This document shows positions 37,758 to 48,799 of a DNA stretch of 64,000 nucleotides, piece after piece. A model generated the notes under the pieces. It made no database searches. It worked only from the letters and a program-made list of their open reading frames with translations, and was not told where the DNA came from. Origin of the DNA: Bispira polyomma (Eukaryota); contig OZ287750.1 of the NCBI GenBank assembly GCA_965649765.1, positions 69,130,001 through 69,194,000 on the forward strand, read 5' to 3'. The translations under genes and the position numbers were made by a program. The stretch's first letter is position 1. Each line of letters opens with the position of its first letter.

Positions 37758-40700
37758 ATGCCGGACGAAAATAATATTAAAGTGTTGTCAGCAAATTGCC
37801 AAGGGTTAAGGGATAAGAATAAAAAACATGATGTTTTAGCATACTTAAAAAATTTGAAACCTAATATAATTTGTCTACAAGACACTCACTGGATAAAAGA
37901 GGATATTAGTTCAGTCAAGAATATTTGGGAAGGTAACTGTATTATTCATGGAAATAAGACCAACTCAAGAGGAGTTGCAATTTTGTTTAACAAAGGTTTT
38001 GAATACAAAATTTTTGAAATAATCACTGACGAAGTAGGTAATATGCTAATTGTTAATCTCATCATAAGTGGATTGAAAATTTTATTGATTAATGTATATT
38101 CTCCAAATACAGATAAACCAAGTTTCTATGAAAATATTGAAAATAAAATTGCTAGTACAGATTGCGATAATGTTATCCTATGTGGAGATTTAAATCTGTT
38201 TCTAAATAAAAGTATTGACTGTAACAACTATATTAACATCAGTAATCCACAGGCAAGAAGTAAGTTAATAGATGTAATGCAAAAGTTCAACTTGGTGGAC
38301 ATATATAGACAAAAATATCCAGATGCGCGGCGTTTTACATGGAGAAGGCGCAACCCACTGAAACAAACGCGATTAGATTACTTTATAATATCTGACAATT
38401 TAGTTGATATGGTTGTAAAATGTGATATTCTACCAGGTTTTCGATCGGACCACTCAATCAGTCAACTAAATTTGGAATTATGCAATTTTGTTAGGGGAAG
38501 AGGTCTCTGGAAACTCAATACAAGTCTGTTAAGACAACAATCTTATCTTGATATGGTGAATAATCTGATAGATTCTGAAATTTTGAATTATGCTGTACCA
38601 ATCTATAACTTTGAAAATATAAAAAAGGTACCTGACAGAGACATAATTTTTAGAATAAGAATTGATTTATTCCTTGAAGTTTTACTGATGAAAATAAGAG
38701 GTGAAACCATTAAATATTCTTCAAATCAAAAAAGAATCACCCAAGGTCAAGAAAAAAAATTAATGGATGAAATTAAAAGTTTAGAGGAACAAGAACTGAA
38801 CAATGACTCTACAGATTTGCTCCAAACCAAAAAAGCAGAACTAGAAAACATTAGACAGGTATCTTTAAAAGGTCAGATGATCCGGTCAAGGGTCCAGTGG
38901 TTAAATGAAAGTGAAAAACCAACAAAATATTTTTGCCAGTTGGAAAAACAAAACTATCAAACAAAAACTATTAAGAGAGTTAGACAAAGCAGTGGTGAAA
39001 TTTTACACACACAGAATGAAATATTGGTAACAGTCGCTGAATTTTATGAACAACTGTTCTCTGAACGGGAGGTTGAAGAGTTTGATTTACACAACCTGAC
39101 AAACAATGTCACATATAATTCACTTAATAATACAGATTCCCAGAAATTAGAGGGTAAATTATCAGTTGAAGAATTAGGAATTGCACTAAAGCAAATTAAA
39201 AACTTTAAAACCCCAGGAGTAGATGGCTTCCCAGCTGAATTTTTAAAAGTTTTTTTGGGTAAATTGAAGTATTTTATATCTAGAGTGATAAATTACAGTT
39301 TTGAACAAGGTACAATGTCTGAAACATTTAGAACATGCATAATAACCTGTCTACCTAAGGGGGACAAACCCAGAGAATTTTTGAAAAACTGGAGACCCTT
39401 ATCAATGCTTTCTGTTTTGTATAAGATAGTATCAGCATCTTTAGCAAATAGAATGAAACCTTTTATGCCAAATCTAATATCCGAGAACCAAAGTGGTTTT
39501 ACTTCTGGAAGGTTCATTGGTGATAATACAAGAATTGTATATGATGTAATGCATTACGTAAATAGAAATAATAAATGTGGGTTACTGATGTTAATAGATT
39601 TTGAAAAGGCATTTGACTCAATATCATGGAAATTTATTAAGAAAGTACTACAATTCTTTAATTTTGGTCAAGACTTTTTAAAATGCATATTACTACTCAA
39701 CACAAATATAAAAGCCTCGGTTATCCAGTGTGGTAAGCTATCAAAGTTTTTTCCTATCAAAAGAGGCTGCAGACAGGGTGATCCAATATCACCCTATCTA
39801 TTTATACTTTGTGCAGAAATACTTAAACTGCTAACAGTCTCAGACCAGGAGTTAAAAGGAATTAGTATAGAAGGTTTTGAGATAAAAATAACCCAATTTG
39901 CTGACGACACAACCTTATTTTTAGATGGTTCTCAAACAGCCCTTCAAGCTGCCCTAAACATTTTGGAGATATTTGGAACAGTATCAGGTCTTAAAATGAA
40001 TTCAAGTAAAACAAAATTAATATGGATAGGAAGGAAGAAATTTTCAAAAGAGAAACTAAAAGTAAACACCGAACTAGACTGGGATAACCCCCAATTCAAC
40101 CTATTAGGTGTAACTTTTGATGTGAATCTTAGTAAAATTACAGAGCTAAATTTCGAAAAGGTGTTAGTTGATATTAAAAAGATACTAAGCATTTGGTCAA
40201 ATAGACATATTACACCTATTGGAAAAATTACCATTTTGAAAACCTTAGCACTACCCAAACTTAATCATTTATTTCTAAGTCTTCCGACACCGCATCCTGT
40301 GTGTATCAGTAAAATCGAAAAACTATTCTTCTCATTTATATGGGATAATAAACCCGATAAGATAAGCAGAACTGTATTAATACAGACATATGGCAATGGA
40401 GGTTTAAAAATGATTAATGTTGAACGATTTGTGGAAGCCCTTAAAACTACCTGGATCAGAAGACTCCTATTAGGAAATAGATCTCCTTGGGTTGAAATTT
40501 TTCACAGGAGTGTTGCAAATATCGGTAATTTGGCTACTAGGGGTTCACTGTGGTATCAAAAATTGTTACCCAAAATCAGTAATAAATTTTGGAACTCTGT
40601 TATAAAAGCTTGGCTTAGTGTTGTTTCCACAGTAAAACCGAGATCAAATGAGGAATTGTTATCATCTGTTGTCTGGTATAACTCAAGTATATCAGAATAT

Positions 40701-41581
40701 AATCTTTATTTGGCAAAATGGTATCACGCTGGAATATGTTTTGTAGCTGATCTAGTAGATGATAAAGGACAAGTATTAACATTCCAGGATATTCAAAGAA
40801 TCTATAATATATCACCAGCATCTATTTTTGACTATTACAGAGTATGAGGCTTGGTAGAAAATTTTATCTCAAACAATAAAAGAAGTGAAGATTTTCAACA
40901 CATATGCCCGGTTTTTCCTTTCCATATAAATATTTTAAGAAGGTCAAAAAAGGGGCAAGGGATATGTATCTGGCTCTGAATAAACCATGTGGTAAAATGA
41001 ATATGAAATTTAAGTGGAATCACGACCTTTCTTTGCATTTAGATGAGCTGACTTGGAAAAGTATTTATAAGGCATGTTTTCACACAGTCAATGACAACAC
41101 ATTAAGATGGTTTCAGTACAAAATACTTAATAGAATTCTTGGGACAAACAAGCTAAGATCGAAAATGGAATTAGAACTAAATGACAAATGTCGATTGTGT
41201 AGTAAGAATGAGGAATCGCTAACACATCTATTCTATTACTGTGAAAAAACTCAAACATTTTTGAAATTAATAAGCAAATGGATAGAAGGCAAAATTAAAT
41301 TCAGAATACCAGTAACCCTGTTGAATATTATCATGGGCTACTTACAATATGACCAGAACTTCATACCTATCAACTCGCTTTATATTTTAATAAAGCAATA
41401 TCTTTTCTCCTGTGCATATTCAAACCGCACACCTAATCTAACCGAGTTTAGGTTTAGGTTCACAAAAATGTTTACCGAGCAAGAAATTTTATTAAAAATA
41501 AACCATAGTGATGAAAAGTTTAATAACCCCTTTGCAAGATGGAGACCACTTTATACCGAAAATGAAATAATACCAACATAA
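37758..41581 (+). CDS. element C ORF2 (APE-RT-CCHC), nearly intact; stop at 40845 and frameshift(s) near 40900
   Basis: SANCQGL, CLQDTH, GDLN, RLDYF, SDHS, NWRPLSML, DFEKAFDSI, GCRQGDPISP, QFADD, CRLC..ESLTHLFYYC. Confidence 0.93.
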
Positions 41582-42472
41582 AATAAATTGATTGTTTTGA
41601 AGGGACCTGATGCTGTTCTAGTTTCTCAAAATATTACTGTATTAGCATATATTTTAACAACAACAACAATGACAAAATTCCTGTCTGACTGGTATTATAA
41701 ATGTATAAAGATACTGTAAATGTTAGATGTTCGATATTGATTTTTCTTTGCTTAGTATATTTTTTTTTTATATTCTTCTATCAAGGTTTTTGTATATATT
41801 TATGTATGTATATGAGAAAAAAAAAAAAAAATTTAATATTGTTATTCATTTAATTATAGTAATGCAACAAAAAAAACCGCTACAGTCTAAAAAAGTCACT
41901 ACCATGAGATACCGTAAATTGCTCATTATACAGTGTACATACAGTGACACAATACTTGTAAAATAAACATTTCTGGGGAACCAGACACATACATACTAGA
42001 TCCCTGTACACCAGTATTTCACTTTCTAAACATTCATACTGTTATTTCAGTGCAGTAAAAATATATATAAAAGATTGAACCTTTCAACATTGATATAACT
42101 ATACACACAAAAAACACATACACATACATGTAAATAAACATTACAAGTTATTACTAGATAAAAAAAAATACATGTGAGGACTCTACTTATGGACTACATA
42201 TATTACCACTTGTTTATGATTCTACTATATAGTAGAAGTTTACTTATATGACTGCCTGCACTGTCGGTCTACCACCCAAAGAAATTTTTTTTTTATATAT
42301 ATATTATTCTTGAAGCAATACCATAATTTTATTGAATCTACATTAGTTTAAAAAATATGAACTTCTTGACAGGGAAAAAACAATAACTATGGAAAAGTTC
42401 ATGTGAATTACACAAAAAAATCTGTGAATACTGAATGCTTTTTTTAAAGCTTTGCTTTTATCTCCAACGAAA

Positions 42473-42631
42473 CCACCTCCTAGGTTCGGACCCAGGTCCT
42501 ACGGCACCTAGTCGCCTAGCAGTAGAGGTTCCCAGCTGCAGAGCTGAATTCCCCGGTAGCCCACACCAGGGGGTAGATGCAAGCTGAGAACCAGTACCAC
42601 ACGGACCAGGGCTCGAATCCATTGGAGGTGG
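42473..42631 (-). ncRNA. structured RNA with HDV-like topology in the element B ORF1-ORF2 spacer
   Basis: GC-rich island closed by CCACCTCC/GGAGGTGG. P1 TGGTA/TACCG, P2 GCATCTA/TAGGTGC, P3 CCC/GGG, P4 hairpin, GGCGAC before P2'. Homolog at 7812-8007. Confidence 0.55.
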
Positions 42632-43530
42632 CACGCTAGTTATCTAGATAAAAACTGCCATGAAAATCATGAGCAACATAGCTAAGCCTAAATGTTGCAA
42701 AACTCTGAATGATGTTTTTGTTTACCCTAGACATAAATTAGCCCTAAATTCTTTCTAGTACCAATTTTATAACAACATTTGCTAGCATGACCTAGTTAGG
42801 TCCTTGAAATTTTCTTAACGCTGTGGTAAACATGTACAGAAAATAAATTCCTCAAACATGAGTTTTACTATCTTTAACAAATTACATCACTGGCCACTTA
42901 ACCTTTTTCACTCGACCTTTTACCTTTACCAAGTAGAACTGTTTTTGCAACGTTAATCGATCTTCAACAATTGTACTGAGAAATACATCTTTTTGATTGT
43001 GCTACAAATGTTGCAAATAAACTTCATAAGGTTGTGACATTCTGTATCTTGGTCATTTAATCAAAGACAACACAAAGTTACCAGTGTAACTGTATCACTT
43101 CTTGGCTAATGGCAATGCAAGTTATTTCACACAGGTCGTCATAATCCTGATCAGTGTCATCAACCCCTCCACGCTCAAAAATTGGAAACTAAAATACGTT
43201 TATCTTACTTATAAGCTACAAAAAAGTAATCTTCAGATGGATAATTTATCTTTATAATTAGCAACAGTCAATAATTTTAGATGATTACTTCACTTAAACA
43301 TATATACTTATAATTTCCAAAAGGATTCAACAAGCTTGAAAAAAGAAATGTGGAAAGGTTTGTGACACCGGAAAAGTTCACTGTGACCGGTGTAGCCAAT
43401 TCGGACTCAATAACTTTAATGAAAAAAACAACAAAAAAAAACACAAGAAATCCTCGAAAAAAAACTACATATGATCGAAGATTGTCTCTAACTAAATGGA
43501 AAAATCAACAACACATGTTTAAAGTTGTTC

Positions 43531-45003
43531 TCAAACTTTCATAAGTGTGACTCCAAGTAAGATCTTTCCCTTGTATTTCATTGAGTTTGGATCTCTCAGT
43601 GCAGTTCCACTCCCCCAAACACTGTCGTGGGCATTACACTCTACTAACCTCTTGTGTCCTGTTGCTTTTAAAAGGGTCTGAAGTTTTTCGTTTTGCTCAA
43701 ACTTACATTTCAGTCCTTGGAACATGGCTGCCACAGATATATTGTCCTCCCAAAGTGCACTGTCTAACTTATCTCCTAGGTGTTTCGCCTCCAGTGGGTC
43801 ATCTGCATCCAAAATTTCAGTTGCTGTTCTTTCCTTTCCGAGAAAGATAGCTTTCCGGTACTGGTAAAACTGCTCAACACAATGGTACTGTTGACCATCT
43901 ACTATCAATTTACTGGGGTAGAAGTTACTGTATGGACTAAATCTTCCAAAAAATAGCACATAGTCTTGTTTTGTCACAGTACCAATACTATGCACATCAA
44001 TATCTGTTATCTGATAACAATCTTGTAATGTGTATCCCTTTCCCCTGTAAATTAGCTTATCCCTTTGGAGAAACACTTTTGGGTCCTTTTCTTTGGCTAT
44101 TTTCAAAACTTGACTCAAGTGGTATCTTTTAGATTTAATTACCTCTGGAAAGTCTAAACTTATATCCGAACATGTTATTGTTCCACTCCTACTTCTTGTA
44201 ACCCTTGAACCTGCTGTATTTTCCCACAGCAGTTTGCGTTGCTTGAATACTAACTCTGCATTAGGGTAAAAGTGAAATCTCACCAGAATCGGTCGAGGCC
44301 TAGTGATATGGTCTTGTTTTCTACCAATTCTGTGTGCTCTCACTAGTCTTATTCTTGACTGGGCATCTTCAATGTTTAATTTTTGTTCCAAAAATTGGTA
44401 AATAATGTTTATTACATCTTCTTTTATTCCAGCTGTTTCTTCGACACCATAGAATACCAAGTTTTCTCTTCTAGAATATGATTCCAAATCTAATAACTTT
44501 GTTTCTAGTTGATGTATTTTATTTTTCAGCAACTGTTCTGTACCGGTATGGCTTGCAGTTAGCTGTTTATACTCTACCGTTTCCACCTTATCTTTCAATT
44601 CATCAATGTCTTTCTGTGAGTATTCCAAGGAGGACTTTACATCACCAATCTTATTTTCAGCCTTTGCCAAATCGTTCTTAACCATTGCGATGTCTTTACT
44701 GTTTGCATCAACAACACACTTTATTTCTGTTACTTTCTGTGCCAACTTGTCCAGGGTATCATTCATCTTCTCTACTGGCTCCAGTTTTGTTAAAATAGTC
44801 TTTAACGTATCCTGTATATCTTTCATTGCATCACTTTGGTTTCCTGCACTAACTGACTCAGCCATAGTCTCTTTAAGATCTTTGTTCCTTGTTTCAAAAA
44901 AATCATAAATAGACCCTTTGCTCCTATTTTGTAGAGGACTTAGTTTATGCGATTGTCTTTTACTGTTTGAACCACTTTTATTACATTTTATTCCTTTTTC
45001 CAT
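43531..45003 (-). CDS. element B ORF1p: coiled coil + RRM/CTD + C-terminal NADAR domain (43962-43531)
   Basis: Heptad region, LESYSRRENLVFYGVEE, RAHRIG, PRPILVRF, DFPE, then FFGRFSPYSNFY..VEQFYQYRKA..DP.EAK.LG..W..M..KFEQN..LKATG..LVECN.HD.VWGSG..KGK.LLG..LMKV. Confidence 0.92.
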   Translation of the reverse strand: MEKGIKCNKSGSNSKRQSHKLSPLQNRSKGSIYDFFETRNKDLKETMAESVSAGNQSDAMKDIQDTLKTILTKLEPVEKMNDTLDKLAQKVTEIKCVVDANSKDIAMVKNDLAKAENKIGDVKSSLEYSQKDIDELKDKVETVEYKQLTASHTGTEQLLKNKIHQLETKLLDLESYSRRENLVFYGVEETAGIKEDVINIIYQFLEQKLNIEDAQSRIRLVRAHRIGRKQDHITRPRPILVRFHFYPNAELVFKQRKLLWENTAGSRVTRSRSGTITCSDISLDFPEVIKSKRYHLSQVLKIAKEKDPKVFLQRDKLIYRGKGYTLQDCYQITDIDVHSIGTVTKQDYVLFFGRFSPYSNFYPSKLIVDGQQYHCVEQFYQYRKAIFLGKERTATEILDADDPLEAKHLGDKLDSALWEDNISVAAMFQGLKCKFEQNEKLQTLLKATGHKRLVECNAHDSVWGSGTALRDPNSMKYKGKILLGVTLMKV

Positions 45004-46289
45004 AGTATACTAAAATTCCAAAAGTACTTTATCATCTTGAACTGAACTGTCCCTTTATTTCTTTTTCCATAGTATACTAATATTTCAAAAAGTTCTATAT
45101 CATCTTGAACTGTCAGCACATTAACGTGGCATAAACCAGAACTGTATCCAGCTTACATATTCACAGTAGTTGACATATATATAAAGTTATACAAGTGGTG
45201 GTCCTTTCAAATTAATAATACAATGTCAATCCGAGTCCATTTTGATGTTTTACATTACTACATGTTACCTGAATGCTACTTTGAGTTGGGTCCTTACCCC
45301 CTTTTTATCGCTGAATGGGCGATAATAAGGTACAACTGCTCAAGACAGATAAATTCAGTTTTATTACAAGCACAAAATCACAGTATTCTGATAAATTGAT
45401 CTCTTAGAAACCTCTGTAACGTTTGCTTGCATTTATATTCCTCCGAATTTACTAAAACTGTTGCATTATAGTTTATTTTATTTCTATTCGTCTTTTACCG
45501 CTAATGGTACATACTAAAAAAACATTCTAAAGATTCATTGGACACAAATTCTCCAATAACTTTTGTAACTGTATGTTTAGATTTGTTTAGATCAGCATTA
45601 AAATCACCACCTAGGATTATATAATTTGCTGATGCAGTTTTGCAAATAGAGGACACCATTGATAATATATTATTAACTTCTTCAACTGTCTGTATTGGAG
45701 TTACATGGCATGTACACATTAATTAAAAGTATAGCAGTGTCATTGAAAATAGCTTTTACAGCACAGATACGAGAAGAGACCACATAAACTGGCACAACTT
45801 TGGCTGTTAGATTACACTTCCACAATATAGAACATCCTCCATACGGACGTCCCACTAAGAGTTCATTGGGATTCATCCCAGATATTGTATGAGACTTTAC
45901 ATTGTAAAGATTGTTTTCAAAGAAACTGATTTGTCTACTATGCAACCAGTGTTCCTGTATAAATACAAAATCATTTCTATCACACAGGTTTTGTATATAT
46001 TTTACTCTATCAATACCATGTCCACGACTATTATAAGAACATATAGAGAGAGCTGAAGCCATATTTAAAGGGTTTAGGAAAGATACAGTTAATTTATAAC
46101 ATTAATATAGTCTACTTATCAGTCTCATCCTCAGTTATACTGTTTGTTTCTCCTTCTGTTGCTTGGCTTAGAGTAGAATGGTCGTACTCTCAAACCTTCT
46201 GGCCAAAGCTCACCGTCAAACAACTGCTGATACTGGGAAACTGGCACTGTTAGTTTATAGGACTTGAATTTGGCATTTATACATTTAAA

Positions 46290-46753
46290 GGAAAACTTCA
46301 TGCTACATGTTAATCTACAGCACAACTACATGGTACATGTAAATCTGTAGGACAACTTCATGCTATACTACATGTAAGTCTATTGGACAACTTTATCGAA
46401 CATGTAAATCTTTAGAACAACTTTATAATACATGTAAATGTATAGGGCAACTTCATGGTACATGTAAATCTATGGGATAACTGCTTGCCACATGTAAATC
46501 TATAGGACAACTTCATATTACATGTAAATCTACAGGACAACTTCATGGTACATGTAAATCTATAGGATAACTTCATGTTACATTTAAATCTGTATGATAA
46601 CTTTATATTACATGTAAATATATAGGGCAACTTCATGTACATGTAAATCTATGGGATAACTGCTTGCTACATTAAATTTATAGCACAACTTCATAATACA
46701 TGTGAATCTATAGGACAACTCCATGATGCATGTAAATCTCAGAGGACAACTTC
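46290..46753. repeat. 30-bp satellite, right part
   Basis: Same unit and orientation as 24639-24980. Confidence 0.95.
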
Positions 46754-47181
46754 TGAATTACTGCTTTGAAATTGAACCTTAAATTTATGCATATAAAGTA
46801 CATAATTTAGAACATCTAAGTATATTTTATCAGGATTACTTTCAGTGAAATGACATGAGACTTTGAATGATAGATGGAAGCACCTACAACTATAAAAGCT
46901 AAGCTCTTTTCTATACATTTGTATATATTTCTGCATGCAACATCTCTATATGTGTGTTAGTGAAATATACGTATCATTATAGAAATGTTAAGATGGCAAA
47001 CAATTTAAATATTCAGAAGGTGCAAGAAATAACGAGTAAGCTTCATTGTTCTCACTGAACCTATTTTAAGAAATATTTAGGAAAGTTATCCTGTAACTAT
47101 TTTTACTATTGCTGGAATATTATGGATACATTCACACTATGGATGAACTAAGTTTAAAAGCAGTGAAAATTATGCCCAAAA

Positions 47182-47495
47182 CGTATTCATGAACAAGTGA
47201 AATCCTATTCCTAACTTGGATTTCAAGTATTGTGGCTATATTTTACTAACATAGATCCAAGTGGTATTCACAAAAACAAAATTACTTACTTTGGAGAAAA
47301 AACTTGCTTAGATTTCGAGTAAGCAGATGAGGTACCTTTGATTTCTCTCCTAACTTTGATTCTAAGTAAAACTTAAGTAAGTAGAGTTTTTCACTTGTTG
47401 GTGAATACCACGTCTAAGGAAATCTTTGGAATAATGTACTTACTTTGGAAAGTAAGTGAAAAAAAATTTGACTTGTTTGTGAATACGGCCCCTGG
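47182..47495. mobile_element. MITE-like element with inverted repeats
   Basis: GTGGTATTCAC(47261)/GTGAATACCAC(47401) and CGTATTCAT(47182)/GTGAATACG(47479). Confidence 0.5.
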
Positions 47496-48799
47496 TTGTC
47501 ATGAAATTGAAAATGTAGTTGATGTACTTGGGTCATAAAGAGATATTGGAGTAAGTTTTAGGATGACCCAGATCATTTTAAAATATGACACGAGATATAC
47601 ATATATATATATTGCCAAATATATCACAGAAAACAACAACAATAATGCAGATGGCAGAAGAAATAACGTGCTGTGTGACCTTGGTTGAACCAATGAAATG
47701 GCTGGCTTTTCCAAAGGTATAACTTATATCAAATGAACAACAAGTCACTAACCCCAATATTAGCATGTAAACACAACTGACTAGTTTGTAAGTTATAACC
47801 CCTATTTCAGCTCTAAATGGCCAATAATGCCCCATTCTAAAATTTATCGAGGGGGGGGGGGGGGCAGTGTTTAGGCACTGCCCTTGTCAGTACTGCACGA
47901 CCTTATAAATTCAGTGAGGGTACCAGTCTAACATACAGGTAAAATGCTTAAAGGTAAGCCAGTAAACAAGTCCCCCCTGTTACTAAGTAAAATATTAAAC
48001 ATTGAATTTGATTGGCTGTAGTGAGAAACAACAAGGAGTTTCAGTTAAGAAACCTTCAGTTTGAATTTAGCCACAGACAAGTGTGGCAGGAAATTTCAAA
48101 TTTTTCTTTTACATTATTTTTTCTTTTACAAACTGTTTTATTTATGTTTTACGTTTATACACAAGGACTTATTTTAGTATTTTAGTTATACACACAAATG
48201 TGGATGGAAATATCAGAATATTGTTCACGGATTCAATAAAAAGACAGGAAAAGTCTGTGTGTAAAAGTGACACTCGATACTGTGAATACGTGCCTACTGT
48301 TTGCTGGTTTCTGACAACCTCATGCTTGGTTTGACCTTTTTAGGTCGGGATTAAGGGATGGTCTAACCTAACTCATTTCATTCTTGCCAATAGTCAAAAT
48401 TTGCTGAGTTGAACCAAGTCTGAGTCTGTGAGAAAGGAAAGCTTTGGGCATGTATATTTTTTATTTTCAGAGACATATATAAAAACAAACAGGCACTTGC
48501 CAACAGGTTAAGGATCATGAAATCGGTGGCAAACTCCACAGACACATTTGCTCTCATTGTTTGGCCACTGGCCGCATACTGACACATCCCGAAAAGGATT
48601 GCCTTTTCGCTAAGAAGAGTCAAGGTGGTGATAATCAATCAAAAAACGAGTAAATAGCTGTCCTCCATGCATTAAACTGGAGGGCAGCTCCGTTGAGGCC
48701 AAGGTTGGTTATTCAGAAAGAGCAAACAGTACTGCAAGTAGTAATGTTTTTAGTGTTACAGAGAAATCAGTGGGTGATAGTGTGAGTAATACTTAATGT

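Larger units (their letters stand above)
35072..41831 (+). mobile_element. element C: 5'-truncated L1/Tx1-type LINE with ORF1p-NADAR, inserted antisense into B
   Basis: TSD TTTAATAT at 35064-71 and 41832-39; poly(A) 41817-31; ORF1 remnant, 1.7-kb spacer, ORF2. Confidence 0.92.
27897..41849 (-). pseudogene. element B ORF2 (APE endonuclease, RT, CCHC zinc finger), fragmented
   Basis: Reconstructed MNNNIKIGCMNVRGL, CLQD, IYGPN, GDWN, GFWKFNTSLL, SPGTNGFPAEFY, PISLLNVDYK, IDFEKAFDSV, RQGDPLS, QYADD, C..C..ETIEHLFWFC. Many stops and frameshifts. Confidence 0.9.
27607..45520 (-). mobile_element. element B: apparently full-length L1/Tx1-type LINE with ORF1p-NADAR
   Basis: 15-bp TSD AACATTCTAAAGATT at 27592-27606 and 45521-45535; poly(A) tail (T-run from ~27605); ORF1 45003-43531; ~1.7-kb spacer; ORF2 from ATG 41849, interrupted by C and D. 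Confidence 0.92.
24985..46285 (-). mobile_element. element A: 5'-truncated RTE-X-like non-LTR retrotransposon, split by element B
   Basis: ORF1 tail (SYKLTVP..WPEGLRVRPF, 46131-46275). ORF2 starts at 46062 (SYNSRG, QEHWL, GRPYGG, GGDFN), resumes below 27606 (IDHF, SDH, NFRAITL, QFGFK, KQGGVL.P, YADD) and ends at 25129. AATAAA near 25005. Clade call tentative. Confidence 0.85.

Noticed and set aside
40845-40847. TGA in element C ORF2 (and at 43531) as selenocysteine
   Set aside because: No redox motif and no SECIS seen. Better explained as Arg-to-stop point mutations, with frameshifts nearby in C.
24639-46753. 30-bp arrays as CRISPR, or ORFs 24857-25057 and 46412-46642 as proteins
   Set aside because: Head-to-tail units with no unique spacers in a eukaryotic context. 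The ORFs are by-products of the repeat.
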